64,000 nucleotides of DNA, taken from NCBI GenBank assembly GCA_964464605.1, contig CAYXJN010000008.1, forward strand, positions 124,001 to 188,000, given 5' to 3'. Each line of letters begins with the position of its first letter. Position 1 is the first letter of the stretch. Shown here piece by piece: positions 62,796-64,000 of the stretch. Origin of the DNA: an uncultured Ignavibacteriales bacterium (lineage in GTDB: Bacteria; Zixibacteria; MSB-5A5; GN15; FEB-12). The position numbers and the translations under genes are program-made. The notes beneath the pieces were generated by a model. It saw only the letters and a list, made by a program, of their open reading frames with translations. It was not told the origin of the DNA and did no database searches.

Positions 62796-64000
62796 ACACC
62801 TGATATGGTGCGGCACAGACAAGCCGCCTAAGAAGCCAGTTGATGGAACTTTGGTTCATCTATCGACTGATGGGCCGAACGAAAATGTCAATTGTCGCAT
62901 TGAGAATATCTCCAACAAGCTTACGCAAAACCTTTCCCCTATAATCGAAGACATGATTGAAATTGGAAGCTATGTATATGCCGCCGACCAAACGGTAAGT
63001 CGAGGAGGCCCGGCTTGGTCGAACAACGGAGCAGATTGGACACGGGACTTTCGATTTGTTATTCCAGTCAGGGAACCAGATACATGGAATAAACAGGAAG
63101 TTCGAGAATCGCTGGAGGAATTGCTGAGTTTCATGTCCGGCGACAGTTATCAGTTTGAGTTCACCGAACGGAAATCGATAAGGGCTACGACACCTTATTT
63201 TGAGTTTGGTGACAATCCCTGGTTCAGGGCCGATTCGATCGTGTTGTTTTCCGGGGGACTTGATTCATTTGCCGGTGCTTTGGAAGAAGTGTTAACTTTG
63301 AGGAACAAAACGGTTTTGGTTAGTCATCGATCTGTTCCAAAAATAGCTAAACGACAATTAGACTTGGCCGAGAAAGTACGGCAACTTGCAGGCGGCAATC
63401 AGAAATTGCTTCATGTGCCGGTTTGGGTGAATAAAGTGAAGGGCTTAACAAAGGACTCCACGCAGAGATCGAGGTCGTTTCTCTTTATGATGCTGGCAGC
63501 GAGTATGGGGGAAGTCTTCAAATCGAATACCATTAGATTCTACGAAAATGGAATTACGAGCTTTAACTTGCCGTGTAGTGCCCAAGTCGTTGATTCTCGC
63601 GCGAGCCGAACTACCCATCCCAAAACACTCAAATTGGCTTCTGAGTTTTTCACAAAGTTACTCAATCGCCAATTCGTTGTTACCAATCCGTTTTTATGGC
63701 ATACCAAAACAGATGTGGTTGGAGTAATTAAAAAGCACAATCTCGGTTCATTAGTACCATTCACGTCGAGTTGTAGTCATACTCAAACGACAAGCATTAT
63801 GAACACCCACTGCGGAACTTGCTCGCAGTGTTTCGATAGGCGAACGGCAATCATTGCAGGTGGCCTTGCCGATTTTGAGACGGGTGAATCCTACAAAGTT
63901 AACTTACCTCTCGATCCAATCAAGGAAGGTCGCGACCGAACAATGGTTGAGTCAATGGCGCGGATGGCGACTGAAATTGAGGATATGGACGAAGTTCAAT
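62782..64000 (+). CDS. QueC-like (QatC-like) PP-loop protein, runs off the right edge
   Basis: Not in the ORF track; read by hand from GTG 62782: YVYAADQTVSRG, LFSGGLDS, LVSH, TQRSRSFLF, YENG, SRTTHP, NPFLWHTK, SSCSH, HCGTCSQCFDRR; no stop seen before 64000. Confidence 0.88.
   Translation, partial: MANSEHLIWCGTDKPPKKPVDGTLVHLSTDGPNENVNCRIENISNKLTQNLSPIIEDMIEIGSYVYAADQTVSRGGPAWSNNGADWTRDFRFVIPVREPDTWNKQEVRESLEELLSFMSGDSYQFEFTERKSIRATTPYFEFGDNPWFRADSIVLFSGGLDSFAGALEEVLTLRNKTVLVSHRSVPKIAKRQLDLAEKVRQLAGGNQKLLHVPVWVNKVKGLTKDSTQRSRSFLFMMLAASMGEVFKSNTIRFYENGITSFNLPCSAQVVDSRASRTTHPKTLKLASEFFTKLLNRQFVVTNPFLWHTKTDVVGVIKKHNLGSLVPFTSSCSHTQTTSIMNTHCGTCSQCFDRRTAIIAGGLADFETGESYKVNLPLDPIKEGRDRTMVESMARMATEIEDMDEVQ

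Noticed and set aside
62782..64000. Housekeeping queC for queuosine synthesis
   Set aside because: Over 400 aa with a long N-terminal extension, no queD/E/F nearby, and a defence context; it fits the QatC-like group better.

Overview
Bacterial window. Three secreted proteins end in a dockerin-like Cys-bracketed tail (xDLTYLVxYLFxxGPxPxC), which suggests candidate phylum Zixibacteria (inference). 1-10.2 kb: partial creD plus accessory genes (DUF3142 pair, methyltransferases, DUF1801, GNAT, CAAX protease). 10.3-19.9 kb: core anaerobic metabolism (3-hydroxyacyl-CoA dehydrogenase, ackA, nuoAB, korAB, ferredoxin, split pyruvate:ferredoxin oxidoreductase), with ackA and nuoB both truncated tail-to-tail at a ~16-bp microhomology (11973-11988; rearrangement or chimera). 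From 20.1 kb the DNA looks like a tandem island array. An identical 20-bp core (ATGGCGGGGTCTACGAGACG, the reverse complement of a tRNA-Asp-like 3' end) recurs at 20129, 27204 and 35031, with a degenerate copy at 10221. Each intact core runs into an orphan, codon-conserved peptide tail, WRGLRD(E/D/A)FRNWxxxSxA*. The cores bracket integrase-free modules: (i) ECF sigma/anti-sigma/TPR-CHAT protease/S8 protease/DUF5666 with a repeated bipartite promoter, and (ii) an Rrf2-led clade II N2O reductase (nos) cluster. To the right lie a copper-radical-oxidase-like protein, czcCBA, a cassette bounded by a second repeat family, MerR-copA, an uncharacterised periplasmic metal-binding operon with a duplicated CxxC..CxxC..HxxC domain, a type III-like R-M pair, and a divergent N-terminal-Gly protein plus QueC-like pair (Qat-like) running off the window. 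No integrase, intact tRNA, rRNA or CRISPR array was seen. Product calls come from motif recognition, not database searches.
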